This document shows positions 27,079 to 39,930 of a stretch of DNA of 64,000 bases, piece by piece. Source of the stretch: Octopus vulgaris (taxonomy: Eukaryota); NCBI GenBank assembly GCA_951406725.2, contig OX597819.1, forward strand, positions 868,001-932,000, read 5' to 3'. The stretch's first letter is position 1; every line of letters starts with the position of its first letter. Below the pieces are notes generated by a model. It saw only the letters and a list, made by a program, of their open reading frames with translations, was not told where the DNA came from and ran no database searches. A program made the translations under genes and the position numbers.

Positions 27079-28403
27079 TTTCATTACATATGCTTGTGTG
27101 ATTTTATGTGTATATCTATACACGTGTATGTGTGTATCTGTATCAGTATGGATGTGCATGCATATTTGTGTGTTTGTATGTATGTGAGTATGTGTGTGTG
27201 TTTATGAGTAGGTTTGTGTGTCTGCATATGTACATCTGTGTGTGTGTGTATGTCTGTATGTGTGAAATTGTGTGTGTGTGAGTGTGCATGTCCAGCTTCC
27301 ACTGTAATGTCAAATGACTCATCCCTTATGAGGAGTTAAAAAAACAAAAACAAAACAGGAACAACAACAACAGCAATAACAAAAAGTAAATCGAATCACC
27401 ATCAGCAACAGGCAGCATCTATGAGTCAACCAGCATCCTGCTTCTTGCTATGAAGAAGGTGTCATCAATACACAGACACGTGTTGCCCCCACCTCTCTCA
27501 CCAACTACTGCATAACTACATAGATTTTAACAGGGCAAAACAAGCATGCTTGTTTAAACCACACTGACTCACATTCATAAGCATTCGTTTTTCACACCCT
27601 TTCAATAAAGATGGAGTTATTTATTATAAACAACACACATACTAATAATGAAGTGTAGAAATCATCATTCCTGTTATATAATATTGATTTCTTTTGACCA
27701 GACACGAGACCAAATTCTGCAGAATAATGGCAAGAATTGAGCCCAGGATATTATCAGTTCTACATGGTGAAGTGCTGTGGCACAGACAGGGGAGTACTAT
27801 TCTAAATGCTTACGTCAGTAAAATATATTGAGTGTAAATCCTATTATAGTTTCGTCTACTCTATATTGATAGAAAACTAGATATATGCATCAAACCTGTT
27901 TGAAGTCAGTTAATTTTGAATCTACATCTACAGTTGTTTTACATTGTACTTATATAAGGAATTATTATTACCTGATGCATAGATACATAGGCAGACACAT
28001 AAATACATACACACACACATACACATATTTATGTATGTGTGTGTGTGTACCTAAAGAGAGAGACAGGGTGTGTGTGAGAGAGAGAGAGAGAGAGAAGCAG
28101 TCAGAGACAGGGATAGAGAATGAGTGGGAGGGAGAAACAGAGAGAGAGAGGAGGATGAGGAAAGAGAGAGAGAGTTGGAGATAGTGAAATATATTGCAAT
28201 TGATGACCTTTTCCATACCCAAAGTTGGGTTTGGTATTCTATATTCTATCTCATTTAAATTTAGGATTTTCCAAATTTTCCTGTGGGCCGCTATCGCATT
28301 CTGGCTCATTTAATTAGCTGAACTACATTTCTATAGATATAGACAGACATACCGATAGATGCTCACACTCACACACACACACACACACATTTAGGTTTAT
28401 GTG

Positions 28404-28437
<34 letters not shown>

Positions 28438-28440
<3 letters not shown>

Positions 28441-28785
28441 AAAATCGAAATCAATCAACATCAATGGAAATTGTAGCTGTGAGAAATTGTAGCACGTAAG
28501 AGAACCATCCGAACGTGGCAGTTGCCAGTGCCACCCCGACTGGCCTCCGTGCTGGTGGCACGTAAAAAGCACCATCCAATTGTGGCCATTTCCAGCCTCG
28601 CCTGGCATGTAAAAAGCACCCACTACACTCACGGAGTGGTTGGCGTTAGGAAGGGCATCCAGCTGTAGAAACATTGCCAGATCAGACTGGGCCTGGTGCA
28701 GCCTTCTGGCTTCCCAGACCCCAGTTGAACCGTCCAACCCATGCTAGCATGGAAAGCGGATGCTAAATGATGATGAGGATGTTGA
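28438..28785 (+). mobile_element. RTE LINE 3' UTR fragment with (GAT)n tail
   Basis: Near-identical to 39590-39930 and 8720-9146. Confidence 0.85.
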
Positions 28786-29056
28786 TATATATATAATAAT
28801 TATTTGAGGAAATATAAATCCAAACTTACAGGGAAAAAAATTCAATTTAGAAATACTAAATCAAATTTCACACAATATAATATATATATATATAAAATTA
28901 GAAAAAAACCACCTTTTATCAATTCAAAATGAACAATTAAATTACACCATCTAGAAAATTACATATAATAGAAATATTAAAATTAAAATAACAATAAGAT
29001 ATCAATGATTAAGTAAATTGCAAAAAAAATAATAAAAACGTATATAATTAGTAGAA

Positions 29057-29146
29057 TAACGACACATGCTTCGTGGCTATATTTAAGAAATGATTATAGT
29101 AGTAGTAAAATCACTTCGATATGAATATAGCCACTCATCAGGTTAA
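29057..29146 (-). ncRNA. Type I hammerhead ribozyme motif (one core substitution) in an AT-rich, probably Penelope-derived segment
   Basis: Minus strand: taac-CTGATGA-gtggctatatt...aatatagccac-GAAG-catgtg-TC-gtta; 11-bp stem II, GUC triplet, A15.1 replaced by G. Confidence 0.75.
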
Positions 29147-29982
29147 AAATAAACTAGAATAATAAAATAATTAATTAATAAATATACTTTAATATATATA
29201 TATATATAAAATACTAAATATACATTAAGTGAAAACTAAAACAATACTTAAATTATTAACTACTTTAAAATTAATTAAAATACACAATGCTAGTACAAGT
29301 CATTAAATTGTAATCAAAATAAGAAATGGTTCAAATATAGACGAACTCATAAATAAGCTAACTATATAATTAATATACATGTGTAGTATCTATAGATTTA
29401 ATATATCAATCTATAACATAGTTGACTAAATATCAATTAATATAATACCTAATTAACTTAAAATTTAATATTACATAATAAATATGCCACCTAATAAATA
29501 AATAATATATTGTCTAATGAAATTAATTCTCAAATTAAATTAAATGTAATACGTTAGATCCCTGTTTGGCTTAACAGCCCTCATTGTCTGTGTTACTGGT
29601 ATTCTCCTGGTCCTGTCTTTTACTCTTTATAATTTGTACTGTCTTTACTGTCCTGTCTCAAATCTTATTTAATTTGTTTTTTGCGGGAAGGAATGTTTCA
29701 ATGAAGTCGTGTCTCGCCTTGACCTTCAAAACGCAGAGTAGATGAAACAGAGGCGACTGAAGAAGGGGAATTTTCCTTGTTTTTCGTTGTTTAAGAAAAA
29801 TGCCCATTTACTTGGTTTTGTGTTTATGTTTTCGTTTCTCATTATGTTCGACGTTTTTTTGGTGTCCTGTACCCATATATGCATGTACCTACATGTAGAG
29901 GTAGGTACGTACATATATGTATATATGCATATGTTTTATTTATTAATTTGTTATTATATATATATATATATATTATATTATA

Positions 29983-30031
<49 letters not shown>

Positions 30032-30033
30032 CA

Positions 30034-30139
30034 ATAGATATTAATTTATATCTATTTATTTAGTTTTTTTTTTAAATATATATATATATATATATATTTT
30101 TAAAAAACTAAATAAATAGATATAAGAATTAATATCTAT
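30034..30139. repeat. Inverted duplication centred on (TA)n
   Basis: 'atagatattaatttatatctatttatttagtttttt' mirrored by 'aaaaaactaaataaatagatataagaattaatatctat'. Confidence 0.8.
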
Positions 30140-30544
30140 CATAAATTATATCTATCAATATATATAAAAATGATATAATGGTGAGAATTATTTGTTAATT
30201 GAAAGTAAGAAAAAATTTTCAGCCCCCAAATTAAAGAAAGATGCAAAAATATTAGAATCAAGGAACAATACCCTATGAAGATTTACAATCACGATCACCA
30301 GTCCTCTACAAAACCAGTCAATAACAATAATAATAAGAAGAAGATCTAAATAATATTGATAAACAAACTAAGTTTCTAAGTTCAACGATTAAATTAATCT
30401 ATCTGGATTTTAAATGTATTAATATGTTTCAGCATCTAATTAATATACCTAATACTATTTCTAGTCATGAATAATACAATCAAAAATTGGAAATAGTTCA
30501 AATATACACAAATCCATTATATAAACTAATTATATTAATATCTA

Positions 30545-30925
30545 TACTCTTTTACTCTTTTACTTGTTTCAGTCATTTGACTGCGGACATGCTGGAGCAC
30601 CGCCTTTAATCGAGCAACTCGACCCCGAGACATATTCTTTGTAAACCCAGTACTTATTCTATCGGTCTCTTTTTGCCGAACCGCTAAGTGACGGGGACAT
30701 AAACACACCAGCATCGGTTGTCAAGCAATGCTAGGGGAACAAACACAGACACACACGCATACACACACATACATATATATATACATATATCCAACAGGCT
30801 TCTTTCAGTTTCCGTCTACCAAATCCACTCACAAGGCATTGGTCGGCCCGAGGCTATAGCAGAAGACACTTGCCCAAGATGCCACGCAGTGGGACTGAAC
30901 CCGGAACCATGTGGTTGGTAAGCAA
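30545..30925 (-). mobile_element. Young SINE family A copy, slightly 5'-truncated
   Basis: (AAAAGAGT)n tail, B-box GGTTCAGTCC on minus strand, CpG-rich, near-identical to 51474-51888. Confidence 0.9.
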
Positions 30926-31149
30926 TTAATATATCACACAATAAAAAAGTTAAACATAAAATTGATATTAAAATAAAAACTAGTTTACTTAAATATAATA
31001 CTACTAAATAAAAATATTATCTCATTATTAAAAGAAATATAGTCTAAAATTAAATAATATGTAAAACGTTAAATTCCTATATAAAAATTAAAAGATATCA
31101 TATCCAATATCGAATGTAAAAAATTACTATCAAGAAATTATAAATAAAT

Positions 31150-31790
31150 AATAATCTGATCTGGCAAGGTTTCTACAGCTGGATGTCTTCCTAACACCAA
31201 CCACTTCGGGAGTGTAGTGGGTGCTTTTTACATGCCACTGGCACGGGAGCCAGCCAGGAGGCATGTTTGGATGATGCTTTTTATGTGCCACCAACAGAGG
31301 GAGCCAGTCAAATGGCACTGACATTGACCCACACATGAATGGTGCTTATTGCATGCCACCAGCATAGGAGCCAGTCAGGCAGCACTGGCTTCAACCCATG
31401 TATGAATGGTGCCTATTGCATGTCACCAGCAAGGGAGCCAGTCAGGTGGCACTGGCATCAGCCACAACTACAATTTCTATTTTGATTTCAATTTGACTGA
31501 AATTCGGATTGTGATTTTGAATTTTATTTTACTTGACTCAATAGGTCTCAAGCATGGTGTGTTGCCCAACGATTCAAAGGTACTTTTTAAATGGGCTGGT
31601 TATGTGACACTGGTATAGGCTATGGCTGTGATCTCACTTTACTTGCTGGGTCTTCTCAATCAAAGCATATCTCCAGAGGTCTCAGTCTTTTGTCATTGCC
31701 TCTGTGAGGCCCAGCGCCAGAAGGTCATGCTTCACCACCTCATCCCATGTCTTCCTGGGTCTCCCTCTTCCACGGGTTCATTCCACTGTT
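31150..31790 (-). mobile_element. RTE LINE 3' portion (ORF end + UTR repeats)
   Basis: 'tgcttcaccacctcatcccatgtcttcctgggtct' = RPRKTWDEVVKH on the minus strand; UTR repeats. Confidence 0.8.
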
Positions 31791-32719
31791 GTAATCATAT
31801 AATAGAATTTGAACATATTTCATCCCCTTTTGTGCTACTAGTTACCTCGCCTTCTTGAAGAAGCATTTCCTTTTAAAAATGATCCATCATTCTCACAATT
31901 ATCCCTTCCCTCTTTATTTCCCATCAAATAACTAGTTGTCTTTGCCTTTTATCTGAGCAACACCTTAAGACTGTCATACCTCAACTTTAATGCCCTTTCA
32001 CCATCAACACTGCTCACTTTGTTCCCCACTCATTATAGCCACCCCTACATACTTCTGACTTTAACTGTATATCTCTCTTTCTCCTCACTCTCCCATCTTG
32101 TGCATCATCTCCCTATTTTCTGATCTACCTTCAGATTTGTTATACTGTTGCTCTTTACCCTTCTAGTACTGTCATTTATCACCTGCTCCTTCCTGAGCAC
32201 CCTCTTTTTCTTTCACCTTCTTCCATACCCATATTTACCACTTACTACTCATTCATCCTTGTTTATTATTCAGCTCTATCCCCATCTCTGATCACATGTC
32301 ACTCTCCTCTTACACTCTAATGAACCCTTCCTGATCCTCTGTCTATATTCTTCTTCATAACCTCCTTTTTACACCTTGGGAGTACCCTGACAGTTTATTA
32401 CCACCATCTCTATCTTTTTTACAAGTACTCCCATCTATCCTTGTATAATCCGAGGTAGCCATGAAATGTACTCTTTAGCAAGATACCTGTACCTGTCCCT
32501 CTATCATTCTTTAGCCTCTCACCACCTGGCAAAAAGTTACCTTCTTATCTGCTACTATCCTACTTAGTCAAGGGGGATTTTTCTTTGTCTTGTGAGTTAC
32601 ATGTTGACTTCAGAAATATATGCCCCACAAAAATGCACCGAGTACATTCTGTAAAAGGGTTGGCATTAGGAAGGGTATCCAGCCATTGAAACCTTACTAA
32701 ACAGACATTGGAGCTTGAT

Positions 32720-32917
<198 letters not shown>

Positions 32918-33359
32918 CTTTTAAGGTCCCATATGGGCATGGGTTGGACAGTTTGACAGGATCCTACATGTCTGAGGACTGCATCATGTTACAATCAGCA
33001 GCTGTAGTAGCACTCTGAACATTTTCTAATCCATTCTTACTTTGGCTACTATACTTTCATGGCAATCACCTCCCTTGCAAATTATGTATCCTTGGTAACA
33101 GAAGCTAACAATCACTTTTTGTGAGCAATCTGGGTATTTAAGAGAATCTACTTCCAGTTTGCTTTTAGTATGCATTGCTCAAGTGCATCTATTATACACA
33201 ATGCTTACTTTCTCTGTTAGTCTGTCTGTGATTCCACTACATCTCTTATGTGTCTCTATTTTATATTTGCTACATCATATCGAGTTTATACATACTCCTT
33301 TTCTGTATGTTGAGCAAACTGCTGTCTTCTTTTCCTACATCCTTATTAAGTTTATCATG

Positions 33360-33775
33360 AGGTCTCTCAATTTAGCTTCCAAGCCTGGAACTTCTTTTCT
33401 AATCTCGCTATAGATTCAGTTATGAGAACTAGATTATCATAATATAGGAGTCTGAAACTCCTCTGTGATGGTCGACTAAGGACTGGGCCTTGACAACTGC
33501 CACTAAATTTGTCACTGAAAATGTTGTTCACTCTCATTTTACATGCAGTATCTTTGCATATAGTTTGCACAATTCTCTCACAAGCCATTCATCTACACCT
33601 AGTTTTCTCTTTGACCACAAAATTACTGAAAGTGGTACCCTGTCAAATGCCTTCGCCAAGTCAGTGAATGCCAAGAATAGTGGCTTGCATTTAGCCAAGT
33701 ATTTTTCCTGCAGTCGCCTTCCTAGGAAGGTTGTAATTCTTTTGGGTATGAAGCCATAGTGCTTCTCATCTAGGT
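33360..33775 (-). mobile_element. Degenerate RTE RT fragment
   Basis: LLYYDNLVLITESIARLEKKFQAWK parallels ELLYADDLALIAESLPELEKKFRVWK of the 37.7-kb RTE. Confidence 0.75.
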
Positions 33776-34339
33776 ATAAATTGTAAACAATTGATACTAT
33801 TTAAAAAGTGAAAGTAGAAAAAGATCCTGTTTGCTTATTGAGGAAAAAGCAATGAATTAACTGCTTTCCTCTTCCCTTCAAGCAAAGAGTATGAAAGAAA
33901 AACACAAACGACTACGAAGTCAATTAGAGAAAGACAGAGGAAAGCAGAATTTTTTCTGCTGGATTTCAATCATTGTTAGGAAAAGCAATGGTGTTATTTT
34001 CTTCATATTCTATTATTCTCTTTGAAAAATGGGTGAAAAGGAGAGACAAAAGAAAAGACTGGGAGGTCAAAGACAGAGAAAAGCAGAGATTTTACAATTG
34101 CCTTCCAGCCACAGCCAACAGCCACATTCTCAATATATTTTCTTCTGAATTGCTGATGTTTTTTTCTGCCCTGTGCTGAAAAGATCAAAAACTTGTCTAT
34201 TGAAAGGACTTAAAGCTTTCCTCGTAGTCAGACAGATTTAGTCTAGAGATTGGTGTTTAGTCAATTTGCATGTTTGTTTTATTGCTGATTCTGGTTTATT
34301 TTGTATGATTACTCAGTACTGAAGAGTATATATTTTATC

Positions 34340-34525
34340 CTTTACCTTTTACTTGTTTCAGTCATTAGACTGCAGCCATGCTGGGGCACTGCCTTGAAGG
34401 GTTTTAATCAGATGAATTGACCCTAGTTTTTTCTATGCTATCAGTCTCATGCCAAACTGCTAAGTTATGTAAACACACCAAGACTGGCTGTTGAGCAGCA
34501 GTGGAGGACAAACACAGACATGAAG

Positions 34526-34556
<31 letters not shown>

Positions 34557-34615
34557 AATTGGGCTTCCTTCAGTTTCTTATTTCTTTATTGCCCACAAGG
34601 GCTTCCTTCAGTTTC
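34340..34615 (-). mobile_element. SINE family A 3' half
   Basis: 'ttttacttgtttcagtcattagactgcagccatgctggggcactgcc'. Confidence 0.75.
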
Positions 34616-34619
34616 TGTC

Positions 34620-35185
34620 CTGTTTCTCATGTGTGTCAGCTTGTCAGCATTAGAACATATGTACAACTACTGACTACTGTGATTTGCACAATTTGATTAC
34701 AACTTTGTCAAAACACAAAAATCTCAGAACCATTTGAATTCCGTAAATGCTCTGAAAACCATTGGCTGACAAAGAATTGATTCAGCGATAGATCACTGGA
34801 TAACAGCTTTGATTCAGTTCTATAATACATCGGTAGAGAAAAATCATGATATATTGAAAAGGTTAATTCATTGTATTGAAATTTTGGCTTATCAAGAATT
34901 ACCATTTGAAGGGTATGATCAAACAGAAGAATCATATACTAAGAGTAATTTTCTGACTATATGTGAAGCAGTAGAAGAATACAATGATTGTTTAAGATTG
35001 CACTTAGATTTCATAAGGAAAAATTCCAACTGCACATTTTCAGGACTTTCAAGTAATATTCAAAATGAGATCATTATTTATATAGCTCTTACAATTGAAG
35101 GTAAAATTAAGACAATGATTGAAAAAAAAAAAAACTATTTGTTGATGTTACGTTTGATGAGACGGCAGATCTTTGATTCTTCAGA
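34620..35185 (+). mobile_element. hAT transposase fragment (ZMYM1/DUF4371-like region)
   Basis: NHDILKRLIHCIEILAYQELPFEGYD...SNFL...LSSNIQNEII; after an A-run frameshift 'tttgatgagacggcagat' = FDETAD (first catalytic Asp). Confidence 0.85.
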
Positions 35186-35475
35186 AGTTGCAAAAATCCA
35201 TATAGGCAGTATTGAAGGGGCAATCAATCAATCAATTAACTTACCTGCTTGCCTACCTGGTGTAGTCACTCGGCTTGCCAGTCCTCAGCCTAACTTATGC
35301 CAGCATGGAAAGCGGATGTTAAATGATGATGATGAAGACAATGATTTCGCTTTGACTTAACTGTGTGTCAATATAATGAGCCATATCTTGCATTTTGTAT
35401 CAATCCACATAGATACATCAAGCATTTGAAGATATAGAAACTTTAAAACTGTTACAATAACTAAACTTTATTTTT

Positions 35476-35763
35476 ATTGCAGCATGGAAGGTGTTTATAT
35501 GTAATTTAAAAACACACAAAATCTGTTAGATTCACTTCAACATTTAAATTTAATTTGCCAAAATATTTTCGTTGCTTTGAGACCACAACCTGATCACAGA
35601 CAAAATTCTGTGCTGTATCAGATGGAGTACGGAATTTTGCCAGTAATCAGGTTGCACTCTCAAAGTGATGAAAATATTTTGGCAAATTAAATTTAAATGG
35701 TGAAGTGAATCTAAAGGTTTTTTGTGATTTTAAATGGCTTATAAATACTTTCCACACTGCAAT
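35476..35763. mobile_element. ~290-bp foldback element (imperfect ~135-bp arms)
   Basis: 'tagattcacttcaacatttaaatttaatttgccaaaatattttc' vs 'gaaaatattttggcaaattaaatttaaatggtgaagtgaatcta'. Confidence 0.8.
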
Positions 35764-36599
35764 TGTTTTTGTTTCAGCACACAATCACAGATCAGGTCAT
35801 TTGCTATGCAAGTACATCTCTGTAATTTATTTTTATTGTTTGTTACAATATTCTATAACACTACATTTAAAATCATGTAACTGCTTTCCACTCCTTTCAG
35901 TCAACATTCACTCACTCTCTCTCTCTTTACCTCTTGTTTCAACTATACCATGGGCCCATGCACTTAACATATTTATATCTCTCTCTTTCTGCTTTCTACT
36001 TCTTTCTTCAACAAACTAACCACACAACATGATAGCAATACTTTTCTCTTACCTTTGCAGCATTAGCACACTCTTTCTTTGTTTCTCCCTTGAAATAACC
36101 ATTTCACAGTGTCTTAGCATAACAATTATTATGTTCCCCCAATCGTTAACACTTCTCTCTCTCCCTCTTCACTCTTCCTTTCAGTTCATGTTCATACCAC
36201 CTTTTTGTCACTTTGAATTGATACACATTGTACACTTTTACCTATCTAGTCATGCTTGCATTTATACTCTTTTTGTGCTTGCTTACTGCAATCATTTAAG
36301 AAATGGTTAATACTTTTGTCTTCTTTACCCCAGATTGTGTGTTTGTTCTCTGACTGAGTTTTATTAATTTTTGTCTTTATCAGGTTCATTTTAATGGTTT
36401 ATTCTTGTACAACTATAGTCAGTTACTTCAGTTTCTTGTTTTAGATTTCTATCTGACAGTCATGACCAGCATTCTCTATTTCCAACATTTCTTCTCTTGT
36501 CAACTATTTATCCTGCTGTTTGTATCTATATTCTTGAATTCTTTTCCTGTTTCAGTGACTTTTTGGAGATTTCTGGCTGCATACAATATTCTTTTTTTA

Positions 36600-37290
36600 C
36601 TGTGCACAACAGGGTTTTTTCAACCTAATGTCACAGTTCTGATGACTTCTGCATTTAAGAAATTTCTGCCTTTCTTTTTTTCGTAAATAGATCCTGCCAA
36701 TATTACTTTGTAAGCAGCTTCCTCATTCTTCTGTCTAATTCCTGTAACTCTGTCTTTAAAAATGGAGCATATTACCTTTAAAGTAGCAACACTGGCATGG
36801 AACATGTATTAATTGCACACTTATTTAACTAATATCTTTGCTGTTTGGATAACAGAATCCAGGTCTTCTTCATTTTTCTTATATAGTATGAGGTCATCCT
36901 TATATAGCAAGTGATTTATTTTCTGACTTTTGTAAGCTCTGAGACAGGCCTGAATTTTCTCAGTATGCTAGTCAAAGCGATTAATGCAATGACAAAAAGT
37001 AATGGAAAAGCAAGTCTCCTTGAAATATCCCCCTGCATATTTCCAAGTGTGTTAATGACTTACTTCCATATTTTAGTTCTACTTCTCATGATCTCATTAC
37101 TTTTTCTAAAAACAAAATTTCAAATATTTCATTGCTCCTGAGTATCCTCCATGATCCAGGAGTACAGTACGTTATCCTATACTTCTTTATCATCAGTCCA
37201 ACTAACTGCTAAGTTCATTCTTATTCATACCTGACTTAGTATCATGCTATTGATAAGTAGTTCCCTTTGACTTCTTTCTGCATCTTTTCT
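36600..37290 (-). mobile_element. Degenerate R4/Dong-like non-LTR RT fragment
   Basis: Minus-strand translation QKINHLLYKDDLILYKKNEEDLDSVIQT and FPLLFVIALI; a short homolog sits at ~47533-47566 on +. Confidence 0.65.
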
Positions 37291-37711
37291 GTTCCTTTAG
37301 TGATAGATTCTCCTTCTTCAGAAGGTCAGCAGAGGGACAGATAGGAAGAGATGTCTAGCAGGCAAACGAGAAAGGTCTACTACACGACAGAAGGTTTTGG
37401 CAGGCAACAAAGACCGAGAGAAATGTTCAAAGTTCCACTGTGGACTACTGTCTCAGATGAACTACGCATACACACACACACACAAACATAGTCATTTCTG
37501 ACATATTACTTCCACAAATTGCCAACATTTTACATGCAGTGAAGAATTATGTGTACCAATGACAAATTAAGTTCAGTGAATAAATTATTTTAAATATGAA
37601 TTGATTCACTCGTTTGTTTACTTCAAAGGCATACACATTCCTTTTACATTTGTTTACCTGATCCTGATACATACATTTAACAACTACATATATATATATA
37701 TATATATATAT

Positions 37712-39930
37712 GTAGGTGAAAAGAAAGAGGCTTGGAGAAGCCATTATGAAAGACTGCTGAATGTGGAGAATGAATGGGAGGAGGAGAGCCTGCCAAATGT
37801 TGACCCAGTAGAGGGACCAGCTATCCAAATAGACAACTCCCTTGTAGTTAAGGCAATTAAGGGTATGAAACCAGGTAAAGCCCCCGGCCCATCAGGTATC
37901 ACTGCTGAGATGCTTAAAACAGTTGGTTATGTGGGCTATGGCCTAGTCACCCGTATTGTAAACCAGGTAGTTCACAATGGAGTCATACCCAATGACTGGC
38001 GTAGCAGCACCATAGTCAACTGCTACAAGGGTAAGGGTGATGCTCTAGATAGAAATAACTACAGGGGTATTAAACTGTTGGATCAGGTGATGAAGGTCAC
38101 AGAGAGGGTCATAACCCATCTCATTTGGGAGAGAATTTGCTTAGATGAGATGCAGTTCGGTTTTGTGCTGGGTAAAAGCACCACTGATGCTATATTCCTG
38201 GTCCGACAACTGCAGGAGAAGTACCTAGCTAAAGATAAACCCCTCTACATAGCTTTTGTGGACTTGGAGAAAGTCTTTGACAGGGTTTCCCGATCCCTTA
38301 TCTGGTGGTCGATGCGGAAACTGGAGATTGACGAATGGTTGGTAAGAGCTGTACAGGCCCTATACAGAGAAGCTGTTAGTAAGGTTAGGATTGGCAACGA
38401 GTATAATGAAGAATTCCGGGTAGAAGTAGGGGTCCACCAAGGTTCAGCCCTTAGTCTCCTTTTATTCATCATAGTCCTCCAGGCAATAACAGAGGAATTC
38501 AAGACGGGTTGCCCCTGGGAGCTCCTCTATGCTGATGACCTGGCCCTCATAGCAGAATCACTACCGGAACTAGAAAAGAAATTTCGGGTGTGGAAACAAG
38601 GGTTAGAATCAAAGGCCTTAGAGTAAATGTAGCGAAGACCAAAGTTATAGTAAGCAGAAAGGCGAACTCAGCACACACCCCATCGGGCAGGTGGCCCTAC
38701 TCGATCTGTAGGAAAGGTGTAGGTAGAAACTCCATAAGATGCACCCAGTGTAAGCTATGGGCGCGTAAGAGGTGCAGCAACATCAAAGGGAAATTAACTG
38801 ATAAGATAGCTTTCATGTGCGGCAGATGCACAGGGACAATAGACACCACAAATACTCAGAAAACAGATTCCATCACACTCCAGGGGAAAAAACTAGAAGT
38901 AGTTGATAGTTTCCGCTACCTGGGTGACCAAGTTAGTAGTGGAGGTGGATGCTCAGAGAGTGTCACCACTAGAATACGAATAGCCTGGGCAAAGTTTAGA
39001 AAGCTCCTACCCCTACTGGCGACAAAGGGTCTCTCGCTCAGAGTGAAAGGTAGATTGTATGATGCATGTGTGTGAACCGCCATGCTTCACGGCAGTGAAA
39101 CATGGGCCGTGACTGCAGAGGACATGCGTAGACTTGAAAGAAACGAAGCTAGCATGATCCGCTGGATGGGTAATGTCAGTGTGAATGCACGACAGAGTGT
39201 AAGCACCCTGAGAGAAATGCTAGACATAAGAAGCATCAGATGCGGTGTGCAAGAGCGACGATGGATGAGGATGGATGAGGAGAGATGTGTGAAGAAGTGC
39301 CGCTCCCAAACAGTTGAAGGAATCAGGGGGAGAGGTAGACCCAGGAAGACATGGGATGAGGTAGTCAAGCATGACCTCAGAACGTTGAGCCTCACTGAGG
39401 CAATGGCGAAGGACCGAGATCTCTGGAGATGTGCTGTGACTACAAAGACCCAGGATGCTTCCGGCTCCAGTTCCACATAGCCCCTGCCCATTCAAAGTAC
39501 CTTGGATCCCGGAATGTCTCGCTGTGCTTGAGGAGACCTGTTGAGTCAAGTGCATGTACACGAACATCGAAACAAATATTAATGGAAATAGTAGTTGTGA
39601 TACCTGTGTCGGTGGCACATAAAAAGTACCATCCGAACGTGGCCGTTGCCAGCGCCGCCTCGACTGGCTTCTATGCCGGTGGCATGTTAAAAGCACCAAC
39701 CGATCGTGGCTGATGCCAGACCCCCCTGGCACCTGTGCAGGTGGCACGTAAAAAGCACCCACTACACTCACGGAGTGGTTGGCGTTAGGAAGGGCATCCA
39801 GCTGTAGAAACACTGCCAGATCAGACTGGGCCTGGTGCAGCCCTGGCTTCCCAGACCCCAGTCGAACCATCCAACCCGTGCTCGCGTGGAAAACGGACGT
39901 TAAACGATGATGATGATGATGATGATGATG
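37712..39930 (+). mobile_element. 5'-truncated RTE-clade LINE: RT, Cys-rich PHD-like insert, C-terminus, 3' UTR, (GAT)n tail; one frameshift and one stop
   Basis: ORFs 37601-38626 (NYRGIKLL, QFGF, FVDLEK, GVHQGS, LLYADD), 38590-39075 (FRYLG) and 39082-39480 (HGSETW, GRGRPRKTW); flanked by (TA)n on both sides. Confidence 0.96.

Noticed and set aside
29690-29790. CTGAAGA motif with nearby GAAA
   Set aside because: I could not build a consistent three-stem hammerhead
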